Both the position numbers and the translations under genes were made by a program. Under the pieces are notes generated by a model. The model was given only the letters and a program-made list of their open reading frames with translations, was not told where the DNA came from and did not search any database. A DNA stretch of 64,000 bases from the NCBI RefSeq assembly GCF_963921235.1, contig NC_086101.1:12278001-12342000 (forward strand). Reading direction: 5' to 3'. This document shows, piece by piece, positions 24,760-37,135 of the stretch (positions are counted from its first letter, which is position 1; the number at the start of each line of letters is the position of its first letter). The stretch comes from Mobula hypostoma (taxonomy: Eukaryota).

Positions 24760-25700
24760 TTTTTTAGATTATGAGAACACTCAGTCCTATTTTATTGTCA
24801 TTTAGAAATGCATACATGCATTAAATGATACAATGTTTCTCCGGAGTGATATCACAGAAAACAGGACAAACCAAAGATTAACACTGACAGAACCACATAA
24901 TTCTAACACAAACAACAGGAATTCTGCAGATGCTGGAAATTCAAGCAACACACATCAAAGTTGCTGGTGAACGCAGCAGGCCAGGCAGCATCTCTAGGAA
25001 GAGGTACAGTCGACGTTTCAGGCCGAGACCCTTCGTCAGGACTAACTGAAGGAAGAGTGAGTAAGAGATTTGAAAGTTGGAGGGGGAGGGGGAGATCCAA
25101 AATGATAGGAGAAGACAGGAGGGGGAGGGATGGACCAAAATGATAGGAGAAGACAGGAGGGGGAGGGATGGATATAGTTACAGCGGTGCAAAGCAATACT
25201 GATGAAGAACAAACCATGGGCACAGTAAATAAAGTCTCAAAGTCCCGAGTCGATCGACTCCCAAGTCCCCAATAGCGGCGGCAAAAAGGAGAAACTCCCT
25301 GCCATAAACCTCCAGGCACCGTCAACTTGCTGATGCCTTGGAAGCACCCGACCACAGCCGACACTGAGTCCATCTGTCCGAAAACTTTGAGCTTCCGACC
25401 AGCCTCTCTGATACAGCCTCCCGAGCGTCATCCTCTGCCGAGCGCCTTCGACCTCGCCCCGGCCGCGGAAACAAGCAAAGCCGAGGATTCGGGGCCTTCT
25501 GCTCTGGAGATTCCGGTTACCACACAGTAGCAGCAGCAGTGAAGTGGGCATTTCAGAAGTTTTCCAGATGTTCCTCCGTACTCTCACGTCCGTCTCCATC
25601 AAATCAGGATTGTGCACGGTCCCCTACTTGACAGATAACAGATATCATTCACCACTGGAGAGGCCGCGCGCGATGCCGTCGTGTCGCCATCTTCTCCTCC
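24760..25700 (-). mobile_element. Non-autonomous LINE-derived element, copy 2, with a nested Penelope terminal repeat (~24905-25170)
   Basis: Homology to 2245-2880 on both sides of the insert. Confidence 0.75.
25008..25043 (-). ncRNA. Minimal type I hammerhead ribozyme motif in a Penelope repeat
   Basis: AGUC-CUGACGA-AGG(7 nt)CCU-GAAAC-GUC-GACU: intact core, stems I and II, palindromic ACGU stem III. Confidence 0.75.
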
Positions 25701-27375
25701 TCCACCTACTGGTGGAAATTGTCCTGTGATTAGGCTCAGAATAAATAAATCGGGCGATGTATTTGGAGCAGACTCAGGCCCTTTGGCCCATTCACTCTAT
25801 TCGCCCTTCAGTGGAAACTCCCTGGAAGGACCAAAATATTCCCAAGGATTTGCGTTCAAAGGTGGAACCCCTCAGGCCTTGTATCTGGAGAGAAAAGAGG
25901 CATCTGACCACAAGACCCTACAAAGAATTGCAACGATTGTCGAGAGGATATTCGGGGTCTCGCTTCCATCTACAGTACAGTATCAGAGATATTTACCATG
26001 AGTGTGTGTACGGAGGGCCCTTAACGTTGTCAATGATCCCTCCCATCTGTCCAACAATCTCTTTGGCCCACTACCTTCAGGCAGGACGTACTGTAGCATT
26101 CGGACAAGGAACAGATAGGATGGGAAACAGCTTCTTTCTCAGGCCATGAGTCTACTGAACTCCCTGCCACCACACAGGGCTCATCATGTATGAAACACCA
26201 GAGGAGTATGTGGTGTTTGAAATAACGGTTTGGCAAGGACTAGATGGGCCGAAGAGCCTGTTTCTGTCTTGTGGTGCTTTATATCTCTATCTTTTGCTCA
26301 CTCTGGGAGACCCTGGCACTCCTGTCACTTCTGTGATTAGTGTTAGCTAACCTAATTACTTTTAAAGTCACCTCTTCTTTACATTTTCATATCACGTCGT
26401 CATCTGTGGATTCGTCTCCTTATAGTTCCTTGCAAGGAGACGAATTTCAAGGTTGTATATAGTATACATAATTTGATAATAAATGTACTTTGAACTTTGA
26501 ATTTACCCTGTGTATCCTTCTGCCTTTACCTCTCGTGTTAGTTGCTGGAACTTTTAAAGCAATTGCGCTGGGCACAAGCTCCAAGTCGCCCCCTGATGTT
26601 AGGAAGTGATTACCGCAGCAACCCCTTCCTCCTCATCTCTGGATACCTAAAATTCTCAGGAGCTTGCAAATAGACACATGTTCTTCTTCGCATTCCCGTC
26701 TCTAACACGAAGCCACAGGTAGAACAAAGAATGCCCTCACCACTCTCCTTAATCGAAGGCGATTAAATTCTGATACTCCTTAAAAAATTACGAACGATAT
26801 AACGCTTTCATTTCAGGTTCAAATCCATCGCACCTTTTGAAACATTATCTTACTCTCTAGAGCATGTGAATAATTAGGTCCCTTGCTATTCTGAATTTCA
26901 TTAATAAAGCAAGATAGCATTTGGTTATTTCAACATTGCAAGGACATTATCTATTTTCTACGTGTCAGGGTCCAATCTGCAATTTTATTTCTCTTGGATT
27001 TACCATACAATTAACTAAATAAAAAAATATTTAGCCTGTATGTTTGCACAAGCCTGTCGACTGCAAGCCGATGTTTATTTTACAATTATTTCACGATTGA
27101 AACGGGCTGCAGGCGACATGTACAATTAATAGACAGGTGTTTAATAACAAAGCTTGTCTTACCAGAATACGAACGCCCCAGCAAGAGGAAGAAGATGAAA
27201 AGAGCGGTCCTGGAAGAGGAGAGATTCTTTCTCGCAGAATGCATTACCGGTTTAAAGTAAAGGAAACAGAACGCGAAGCAGGGAGAGCAGGGATAAGGGC
27301 GGAATTTGAAGGGGGCGGTGGACTGGGAAGGTCATTCCATTCAGCGACGAACATAAATCAAAATAAAGCGGGGCT

Positions 27376-27474
27376 TTGAGCGACAGGAGCCCGAGTTCCG
27401 AGCGGCCGGAAAGGGCTTCGCCAGCGTCGAACGTGGAGTTTTTGCAGCCCAGAAGAAGCCATTGGATCCTCTGA
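27376..27474 (+). pseudogene. Possible POU5 exon-1 relic (TTG-SDRSPSSERPERASP...TGA)
   Basis: Follows GC boxes and AGGTCA; resembles recalled fish Pou5 N-termini (MS/TE/DRxxSP) but with TTG in place of ATG and an early stop. Confidence 0.35.
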
Positions 27475-29282
27475 ATCCACGGCAGCACAAGTTCAGCAAC
27501 CCCGTCCTGATGCGGGCTTTCGAGCCGAATCGTCGATAGTTTCTCTCTCCCCCAAAAGATGCCGAGTTCCTACAAGAGGTATTTCCGTGACCCTGTCAGT
27601 CCCATGTCCCCACTGCCCTACAAATTCTCCCTCATGAACGCACTGAATGATGCTGTTTTTTTATTAGCCCCACGATCAGTGAATTCTATATCAGAACCAC
27701 TAACAAGCACCTTTCTCACTATTCACTTTAACCACCCCACTTTTCATCTTCTTATTTCCCCCATCTTCTTCAACTATTTCCAAATAGAGACACAGAAAAC
27801 TACAGCAAAGAAACAGGCCCTTCGGCCCATCTAGTCTTACCGAACCATTTAAACTGCCTACTCCCGTTGACCTGTACTACCATGGCCCTATCATCCATTT
27901 ACCTATCCAAACGTCTCTTAAAAATCGAGTTTGCTTGCGCCACTTGTGCTGGCAGCTCGTTCCACACTCTCACGTCCTTCTGCGTGAAGAAGTTTCCTCT
28001 CATGCTCCCCTGAAATCCCTTACCTTTCACCCTTAACCCATGACCTCTGGTTGCAGTCCCACCAACCTCAGTGGAAAAAGCCTGCTTGCATTTTCCCTAT
28101 CTATACCTCTCATAATTTTGTATACCTCTATCAAATCCCCTCTCAGTCTTCCACGTTCCAAGGAATAAAGTCCTAATCTATTCAACTTTTCTTATAACTC
28201 AGGTGCTCCAGACCCAGCCAGAAAATTGTAAAATTTCTCTCTACTCTTTCAACCTTATTTATTTAGCCACCTGTGGGTAGGTGACGAAAACTGCACACAG
28301 TCCTCCAATATTTATACAACTTCAACATAACATCCCATCGCCTGTAGTGAATATGTTGATTTATGAAGGCCAATATGACAAAAACTTGCTTTACTGTCCT
28401 ATCTACCTATAGGAAATGTTTCCCTCTACCTACACTATATGTGGCTTTCCAACATATGTGAATATGTCCTGGGCCTGAAACATCGGCTCTTTATTCCTCT
28501 CCCGCTGGCTGACCCGCAGAGCTCCCCCAACAGTTTGTATGTGTTACCCTGTGAGTGTGTCTGCAAGTCCACAGGTCTACCGGAGACAGTCTGTCCTGGG
28601 TTGGAATCCTGTCTGTGTGTGTGGGTGGCAGGGAGGAAAGAGGTTTATTTTGCTGTTGTAGTGTTGTTGTTATTGTTGTTCTGCTGAACATTGTGAGCTA
28701 TGTTGGTTCTGGACCGTGTGGCAACACTTGTGGACTGCCCCCAGCACATCCTTCGGTTGAGTTGGCTGTTAGTGCATTTTATGTATGTTTTGATGGACAT
28801 ATGATTGATAAATAAATAAATAAATAAATAAAGCTGAACCTGAATCATCCTTTATTATTTCCCAGGAGAATAAGCCCACCTTTCCAGAGTAACCCTGCCT
28901 TTGATATTGCTAACTCTGGAATGGTTCAGTAACATAATGGGTACTGTTGCAACTTCACATCACTCGAGTCATAGGTTCAAACCTGACCTCAGAATCTGAG
29001 TGTGCAATTTGCACTTTCCCCTCTGTGACCATTTGAATTCCGTTCAAGTGCTTTAGTTCCTTCCCGCATCTCAAAGTTGAGCGGGTTGGTGGGTTAACTG
29101 GCCACTGTAAATTGCCCCCAAAATGTAGATGAGAAGTAGGATCTAAGAGGAGTATAGAAATGGTGGACCAGGAGCGCCACAATGCCTGTCTCCATCTCTC
29201 TGTCCGTAAGTTAGGCAGTATCTGCAGGGGAAGAAGCAGAGTTAACATTTCAGCACATAAATGGATAAAATATTGGATCTAG

Positions 29283-29406
29283 GGTGGTGGCATTGAGGAG
29301 TCTCCCACTTTGGAGGGCTTGGAGCAGTTTGCAGAGGAGCTGAAGAATCGCATCACAATGGGCTTCACACAGGCTGAGGTGGGCTTGGTCCTTGGGGCTC
29401 TGTATG
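29283..29406 (+). pseudogene. POU5F1: Orphan POU5-class exon 2 ([42 protein letters not shown]), probable POU5F1 relic
   Basis: Clear POU-specific domain N-half; 124 nt ending in phase 1 at G|gtgagt, the conserved POU5 intron position; one residue missing in LKxKRIT; purine-rich acceptor; paralogue assignment rests on synteny. Confidence 0.8.
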
Positions 29407-32400
29407 GTGAGTATGAAGCTTTGAGTCGGCGTAGTAGTATCAAAGGAGTGTGATGGCTCTTTAAGGCATTGGCTCTTTTCCTTTTTGAGGAGACAAACCT
29501 TGGTTTCCCAACATTTTGTTCATCGCATGTCATTTAGTGAACTACTGGTATCAACTGCGGGTCCGCAGGTACTACCGTTGCCTCTAAATGAGAGGAGATC
29601 CCTTCTTCTCCCGCCCTTGACCTTTCCCACCCACTTGGCTTCACCTATTACCTTCCAGCTACCCTCTGTCCCCTTCCTCAGCTTTTTATTCTGGCATATT
29701 CTCTCTTCCTTCTCAGTCCTGAAGAAGAGTCTTGGCCCGAAACTTCAACTGTTTATTCATTTCCATAGGTGCTGCCTGACCTTCTGAGTTCCTTCTGCAT
29801 TTTGTGTGAGCTGCAAATGCAAACCATGTTGCAGTTGGTGAGGCTGCACAAGGAGTATTGTGTTCAGTGTTGGTCACCCTGGAATAAATAAGAAGCCATT
29901 AAGCTGGAAAGGGTGCAGAAAAGATTTACAGGGCTGTTGCTGGGCGTTAAGGAGCTTGGTTATAGGGAAAGGTTGGGCAGAGTACTTTATTATTTTGGAA
30001 CATAGGAGACTGAGGAGTGACCTTAAAGACACATACAAAATCATGAGGGGCAAAGGCAGGGTAAATATTGAATATGAATTGAATTGACTTTCACATTCTT
30101 CATATACATGAGGAGTAAAAATCTTTATGTTACGTTGCCATCTAAACGTGCCCTTTTTCTCTCTCTTCATAATAAATAGTATATACAACAGGACAGTCAA
30201 TATAACATACAAATATAATCGTATGAGCATGAATTAATCAGTCTGATGGCCACCAGGAAGAAGCTGTCCTGGAGCCTGCTGGTCCTGGCTTTTATGCTGC
30301 GGTACCATTTCCCAGATGGTAGCAGCTGGACCAATTTGTGGTTGGGGTGACTCAGATCTCCAATGTTCCTTCAGGTCCTTTCTCCACACCCGTCTTTGTT
30401 AATCTCCTGATTAGTAGGATGCTATATAGGACCCTGGTCAGACCCCACTTGGAGTACTGTGCTCGGTTCTGGTCACCTCACTACAGGAAGGATGTGGAAG
30501 CCATAGAAAGGGTGATTTACAAGGATGTTGCCTGGATTGGGGAGCATGCCTCATGAGAATAGGTTGAGTGAACTTGGTCTTTTCTCCTTGGAGCAACAGA
30601 GGGTGAGAGATGACCTGATAGAGGTGCATAAGATGATGAGAGACATTGATTGTGTGGATAGCCAGAGGCTTTTTCCTCAGGGCTGAAATGAGGACATAGG
30701 TTTACGGTGCTGGGGAGTAGGTACAGAGGTGATGTCAGGGTCAAGTTTTTTTTCCCTTTTTTTTATATACTCAGAGTGGTGAGTGCATGGAATGGGCTGC
30801 CGGCAACAGTGGCAGAGGCGGATACGATAGGGTCTTTTAAGAGACTTTTCGATAGGTACATGGAGCTTAGAGAAACAGAGGGCTGTGGGTAACCCCAGTA
30901 ATTTCTAAGGTAGGGACATGCTCAGCCCAACTTTGTGGGCTGAAGGTCTTGTATTGTGCTGTAGGTTTTCTATGTTTCTAAGCTCACATCTACAGATGTG
31001 CTGGGCTGTCTGCACCACTCTCTGTCGAGTCCTGTGATTGAGGAAAGTACAGTTCCCATACCAGACAGTGATACAGCCAGTCAGGATGCTCTCAATTGTG
31101 CCCCTGTAGAAAATTCTTAGGATTTGGAAGCCCATACCAAACTTCAACAATTTGAGGTGGAAGAGGAGCTGTTGTGCCTTTTTCACCACACAGCTGGTAT
31201 GTACTGACCATGTGAGATCCTTGGTGATGTGTATGCCAAGGTACTTAAAGCTGTTCACCCTCTCAACCCCAGATCCATTGATGTCAATGGGTGCTAGCCT
31301 GTCTCCATTCCTCCTGTAGTCCACAACCAGTTCCTTTGTCTTTGTGACATTGAGGGAGAGAATGCACACAGTAAAAGTGAATTAAAAACTAGAGGTCATA
31401 GGCTTATTGTAAGAAGGGAAAGATTTAGTACGAACCTGAGAGGCACCTTCCCCCCCCCACCCAGAGGGTGGTCAGTATATGGAACAAGCTGCTAGAGGAC
31501 ATGGTTGAGGCAGATACAGTAACAGCACCTGCCCAGGCACACGGAAAGGTGCAGAGGGATATGCATCTAACACAGGAAAATGCTTGTTAGATGTTTCTTG
31601 GTCAGCACGGATAAAGTACGCCGAAGGGCTTGTTTTCATGATGTATGACTCTTTATCACTTCCCATATCTTAGGAGATATGTCTTAGCAAAGGCTGATGT
31701 CAAAATCACAGACTCGAAACACAGCTTTGGTCTACTGGGGCAGCAATAACCCCTGCCCTCCTGTGTGTTTTGGATAAGGAGGATTAAATGTCCCCTCCTA
31801 ATCCTTGTTTCCGTAATAATTAATGTTTCCACGTGCTCATCAGTACCTTGAACTCATCTGCCCTCTGTTACTAAAATCCCCACAGTTAAGATTTACAGAA
31901 TAGTCACTACTGTAAACACCTTGTTATGGTTACATTGTAAATACATGATGGAATTTATGCACATTTAACCTCAATTGCTTGTATTTTCTTTATAATTGTT
32001 AAATGTTGTATTCCGAAAACACACCATGGCATTTTCCTAATACATGGCCAGTTGTTCCTTGATACCATTAAGCACAACCAAATGACATTTCTCTTTGCTT
32101 CCTTCCTTTCGTTTCCAGTTCTGCTCTTGTTCCTTCTGAACCTTTGCTCAGCAGCCTATGCAGCTACTGTAAGCCCTTCCTTTGCAGAACTAACTATCCA
32201 TCCACTGGGATATTGGCCCGTGCACTGTAGAGGGACAAGGTGTTTGGCCTGTACCAGGTCCTACCTTCCCTGGAAGCAGTACCTCATTCTCCCTGAGCAG
32301 ACTACAGCCTAGCAGAATAAACATTGAATTCTCAAAATTCCACTAACTGCCCCCCACCCCCATCACTTTTCTTCCTCTTGGTCTGTCATCTTGCAGTACC

Positions 32401-33595
32401 CTCCATCTGCCCATCACTCTCCTCCCACTAGATCCCCTACCTACTCCCCTCCCCCTCCCTCCACTTTTCCCAAGCTCCAGTTTAGCTGATCGGATTCCAT
32501 CATCTTCAGCACATTATTACTTCCAGCCATCACCTCCTTTTGACATTATCATCTTCCTCCCTTCCTCACTCACCTGAATCACCTACCAACATTTGCTCCA
32601 CCACATCCCACTTTTAATACTCACCCCTCTTTCAGATTCCCTTTTTTTGGTAATTTATATCAATTTCTTTACATTGCCCTGCTGCCACAAGTTTCATGTC
32701 CCAAGTGAGTAATAATAAATCAGATTGAGATGACCAGTCTTGACCCCAAACATCAATATTTCCCTCCATAAATGCTGCCCAACTTAGTGAGTTCCTCCAA
32801 TGTCTTGTACTGCTCAAGGAATCAATATCACACTTCATGCTTCAATCACACATTCATCTCCATTATTTTCAGTTCTTTAATTCATTGAAATTTTGCGTCC
32901 TAATCTTCCAGCTCTTTAAAACCCACCAGCAAAACATCAGCTAATTTTCGCTGTTAGCGGTACCAATATAAATATTTTCCTGCATGTTCAACTTCTCCTC
33001 TCCAGAGTATTCTTCAGCTGCTCAGTAATACCCTCAACTCTAACACAAAGGAGGCAATATACTCACTTGAGTTTTTGCTCCACACAGGATAGCATTCCCT
33101 ATTTGTTGGTGCTTAGATACAAAAACCTCAGTGAGCTTAGAGCTAATCATAGACTTCTTTTGTACAAAGCAACATCTTAATTAATAATTTTCCTAAAAAG
33201 CAACAGCTACAAACAATGCATTGGCTCCAAAGCATTTTTGGAAACAAAGTAGAAAAAATGACAGTGGAAACAACGTTTCAGAAATGAAACTTCAAAAGGT
33301 TATTTATTTCCAAACATCTTAAGTATAAATAAATGTTTAAGACCCCTTAGGTGAACAGGTCACCAAGTACAATCAAAAGTCCTAAACAAAACAAAGTGCT
33401 TTAAACAAGGCAACAGATATTTAAAAAATACTACAAACATCCCCTCCAAAACTGGATTTAGCAACATAACACATTGACAAACAAGTACAAGATCATCAGG
33501 CAAAATTGTGATCAGTTACATTAGGTCAAGTCCACTGTGGGATACTCTAAACAGTCATTTTAGCCCCAATGTAACAGGATGCACTTTATTGGATT

Positions 33596-35518
33596 TTAAT
33601 CCACCTCCTCAATAGTTGGTCCGGCAGAACTGGCATTCCCAGCCTGTGCCCTGCACGATTCCCCTGCGGCTGCTCCTTGGTACAGTTTGGCAATGATGGG
33701 ATTGCAGATTTGTTCCAGCTCTTTCTGCTTGTGCTCAAACTCCTCCTTCTCTGCCATCTGATTCTTCTCCAGCCAGGATATTGTCTCGTTGCACAGGTCA
33801 ATGACTTTCCTCTTGTCATCAGCACTGATCTTTCCAGCCATCTTCTCATCCTCCACAGAGCCCTTCATGTTGAAGGCATAGGACTCCAGGGAGTTCTTGG
33901 CTGCAATCTTCTGCCGCTGCATTTCATCCTCATTCTTGTACTTCTCTGCATCTTGCACCATCCTGTCAATTTCCTCCTTACTCAGCCTGCCCTTGTCATT
34001 GGTGATGGTGATCTTGTTTGTTTTCCCGGTGCTCTTGTCAACAGCAGAGACATTGAGAATGCCATTGGCGTCAATATCGAAGGTCACCTCAATCTGGGGT
34101 ACGCCACGAGGAGCGGGAGGGATGCCACTCAACTCAAACTTGCCCAGAAGATTGTTGTCCTTGGTCATGGCTCTCTCACCTTCAAACACCTGAATAAGGA
34201 CCCCAGGCTGGTTATCAGAGTAGGTGCTGAAGATCTGGGTCTGCTTGGTTGGGATGGTGGTGTTACGCTTGATTAGGGTGGTCATGACTCCACCTGCCGT
34301 CTCCAGCCCCAATGACAGAGCAGCAACATCCAGGAGTAGCAGATCCTGAACATTCTCCGACTTGTCGCCCATCAGAATGGCCGCCTGGACAGCTGCCCCA
34401 TAGGCCACGGCCTCATCGGGGTTGATGCTCTTGTTCAGCTCCCTACCGTTGAAGAAATCTTGCAGCAGCTTCTGGATCTTGGGGATTCGGGTGGAGCCTC
34501 CGACCAGGACAATTTCATGGATCTGGGATTTGTCCAGCTTGGCATCTCTCAGGGCTTTCTCCACTGGCTCCAGAGTGCCCCTGAACAGGTCAGAGTTCAG
34601 CTCCTCAAAGCGAGCCCTGGTGATTGAGGTGTAGAAATCAACACCCTCAAACAGAGAGTCAATCTCAATACTGGCTTGGGTGCTGGAAGACAGCGTTCTC
34701 TTTGCTCTCTCACAGGCCGTCCGCAGCCTCCTCACCGCTCTCTTGTTCTGGCTGATGTCTTTCTTGTATTTCCGCTTGAACTCCTCAATGAAGTGATTGA
34801 CCATGCGGTTGTCAAAGTCCTCTCCTCCCAGGTGGGTATCTCCAGCTGTTGATTTCACTTCAAAGATACCATCATCGATGGAGAGAATGGACACATCGAA
34901 GGTGCCACCACCCAGGTCAAAGATGAGAACATTACGCTCCCCTTTGCCTTTCTTGTCCAGACCATAGGCAATGGCAGCTGCTGTTGGCTCATTGATGACA
35001 CGCAGGACATTGAGACCAGCTATCACACCAGCATCTTTGGTTGCCTGGCGTTGGGAGTCATTGAAGTAAGCAGGAACGGTGATGACAGCGTTGGTGACAT
35101 TGTAGCCAAGGTAAGCCTCAGCAATTTCCTTCATCTTGGTCAGCACCATGGAGGAGATTTCCTCTGGGTAAAAGGTTTTGTTCTCCCCCTTGTACTCCAC
35201 CTTCACTTTTGGCTTTCCCGCATCACTCACCACCTGGAAGGGCCAGTGCTTCATGTCAGACTGCACCGTCGGGTCATCAAACCTTCTCCCGATGAGCCGC
35301 TTGGCATCAAAGATGGTGTTGGCGGGGTTCATTGCCACCTGGTTCTTTGCTGCATCACCGATGAGCCTCTCGGTGTCGTTGAAGGCCACATAGCTGGGGG
35401 TGGTGCGGTTGCCCTGGTCATTGGCGATGATCTCCACCTTGCCATGTTGGAAGACCCCCACACAGGAGTAGGTGGTGCCCAGGTCGATCCCGATAGCTGT
35501 TCCTTTGGATGCAGGCAT
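33596..35518 (-). CDS. hsp70: Heat-inducible cytosolic HSP70, intronless, 640 aa
   Basis: IDLGTTYS and [14 protein letters not shown] signatures; C-terminal GPTIEEVD; minus-strand AATAAA at 33303-33308. Confidence 0.98.
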   Translation of the reverse strand: MPASKGTAIGIDLGTTYSCVGVFQHGKVEIIANDQGNRTTPSYVAFNDTERLIGDAAKNQVAMNPANTIFDAKRLIGRRFDDPTVQSDMKHWPFQVVSDAGKPKVKVEYKGENKTFYPEEISSMVLTKMKEIAEAYLGYNVTNAVITVPAYFNDSQRQATKDAGVIAGLNVLRVINEPTAAAIAYGLDKKGKGERNVLIFDLGGGTFDVSILSIDDGIFEVKSTAGDTHLGGEDFDNRMVNHFIEEFKRKYKKDISQNKRAVRRLRTACERAKRTLSSSTQASIEIDSLFEGVDFYTSITRARFEELNSDLFRGTLEPVEKALRDAKLDKSQIHEIVLVGGSTRIPKIQKLLQDFFNGRELNKSINPDEAVAYGAAVQAAILMGDKSENVQDLLLLDVAALSLGLETAGGVMTTLIKRNTTIPTKQTQIFSTYSDNQPGVLIQVFEGERAMTKDNNLLGKFELSGIPPAPRGVPQIEVTFDIDANGILNVSAVDKSTGKTNKITITNDKGRLSKEEIDRMVQDAEKYKNEDEMQRQKIAAKNSLESYAFNMKGSVEDEKMAGKISADDKRKVIDLCNETISWLEKNQMAEKEEFEHKQKELEQICNPIIAKLYQGAAAGESCRAQAGNASSAGPTIEEVD

Positions 35519-35654
35519 CTTTCTCTCTGTCGATGTCCGTTAAGAATCTCGTCCGGTGCAACACGCAAATGTTCGGATTCCGCTATCTCCAAACAGCCGC
35601 AACTCTCTCAATCAAACCGCTTAAAACTGCCGTACTGCTCCTCCGTTTCTCCGT

Positions 35655-36275
35655 TTCTCCTTATATATAATCTGCGCCCCGGGTAGGGCGGAGACCAAGC
35701 ATTGATTGACATGTATCTAACCAATAAGAAGACGAACTGATGACTCACCGCTCAATTGTTGGAGAAGGTTCTGAAAAGTGGACCAATGACAGCGCGGTAT
35801 TTGTCAAGCTGCTGCACGAGTTCGAGAAGAATCTGGAGGTTGACTCTGATGGATGGCAGCCTCATCCAACGAAAGTGCCGGAGGGTTCGGCGAACGTTTC
35901 GCAGGGTAGCCAATGGTCGCGTGGCCCGCCCCACCTTCGCGAAAGCTCCATGACTGACGCCTTGCGCAGCCAATGGGAGTGCCGCAGTTTGAGCTCATTG
36001 CCGAAGGCTGGTGAAGGTTCTACGACCTCGTTCAGTGTTAAGGTCGCGGGCGTTGGCGGAGGAAACTTCTAGAAAGTGGCAGAAAGTTTGCTGGTGTGAC
36101 GGTGGCGTTGTAAGAAAAGATGTACAGGAAGCACTGGGAAGAACGTAAAAAATGAGTGTGTCGACTCTGGGAATCGGCCAGAGTTGAGTTGAGTTATTCT
36201 TAGGACTTTAATCGTGTTGCTGTTGTGGGGGGCGAAAGGGTGTCTAGAACCCTCCAGAAGTATCAAGAAATTGTA
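35655..36275 (-). promoter_or_regulatory. HSP70 promoter: TATA, GC box, CCAAT boxes and several heat-shock elements
   Basis: ttatatataa at 35661; gggcgg at 35686; perfect GAAacTTCtaGAA at 36062-36074; partial HSEs near 35764, 35821, 35936, 36013 and 36245. Confidence 0.9.
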
Positions 36276-36459
36276 TAATCTGAGTGACTTTGCGGTGGGG
36301 TGTTAACTTACCGACGTTTGTTCTTACTTAGGACGGAGGGAAACTTAGAATGATGTTTATTACCGCTGACAGATACCTTGAGATTTGTTGTTTTGTGGCA
36401 ACAGTGCAGTACAATACATAAAAATCTGTACAGGTTAATAACATATAATTAAGTGGTGT

Positions 36460-37135
36460 AAAAAGACCAGTGGTGTTCTGCAGGGATCTGTTCTGGAACC
36501 CCTCTTCTTTGTGAGTTTTATAAATGACCTGGGTGATGAAGGGTTGGTTAGTAAGTTTGCTGATGACACAAAGGTTGGAGGTGTTGTGGATAGTGTGGAG
36601 GGCTGTCACAGGTTACAGCGGGACAGTGATAAGATGCAAAACTGGACTGGCAGATGGAGTTCAACCCAGATAAGTGTGAAGTGGTTCATTTTGGTTGGTC
36701 AGATATGATGACAGAATATAGTATTAATGGTAAGACTCTTGGCAGTGTGGAGGAACAGAGGGATCTTGGGGTCCATGTCCATAGGACTCTCAAAGCTGCT
36801 TCACAGGTTGACAGTGTTGTTAAGAAGGCGTATGGTGTGTTTGTCTTCATCATCTGTGGGATTGAGTTCAAGAGCCGTGAGGTAATGCTACAGCTGTATC
36901 AGACCTTAGTCAGACCCCACTTGGAGTACTGTGTTCTGTTCTGGTCACCTCACTACTGGAAGGATGTGGATACTAAAGGGAGACTGCAGAGGAGATTTAC
37001 AAGGATGTTGCCTGGATTGGATTGTGCACTTTATGAGAATAGGTTGAGTGAACTTGGCCTTTTCTCCTTGGAGCGACGGTGGATGAGAGATGATCTGATA
37101 GAGGTGTATAAGATGATGAGGGGCATTGATCATCT
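36460..37135 (+). mobile_element. CR1 LINE RT fragment
   Basis: SKFADDTK and LVRPHLEYC motifs. Confidence 0.9.

Noticed and set aside
32052..32312. Hydrophobic ORF/exon-like segment downstream of the POU5 exon
   Set aside because: No POU or homeodomain similarity; adjacent sequence resembles an antisense CR1 ORF1 remnant
33677..35686. Long plus-strand ORFs (199 aa, 211 aa) antisense to HSP70, and equivalents in copy 2
   Set aside because: Known by-product of HSP70 codon usage; interrupted by stops and without independent gene signals
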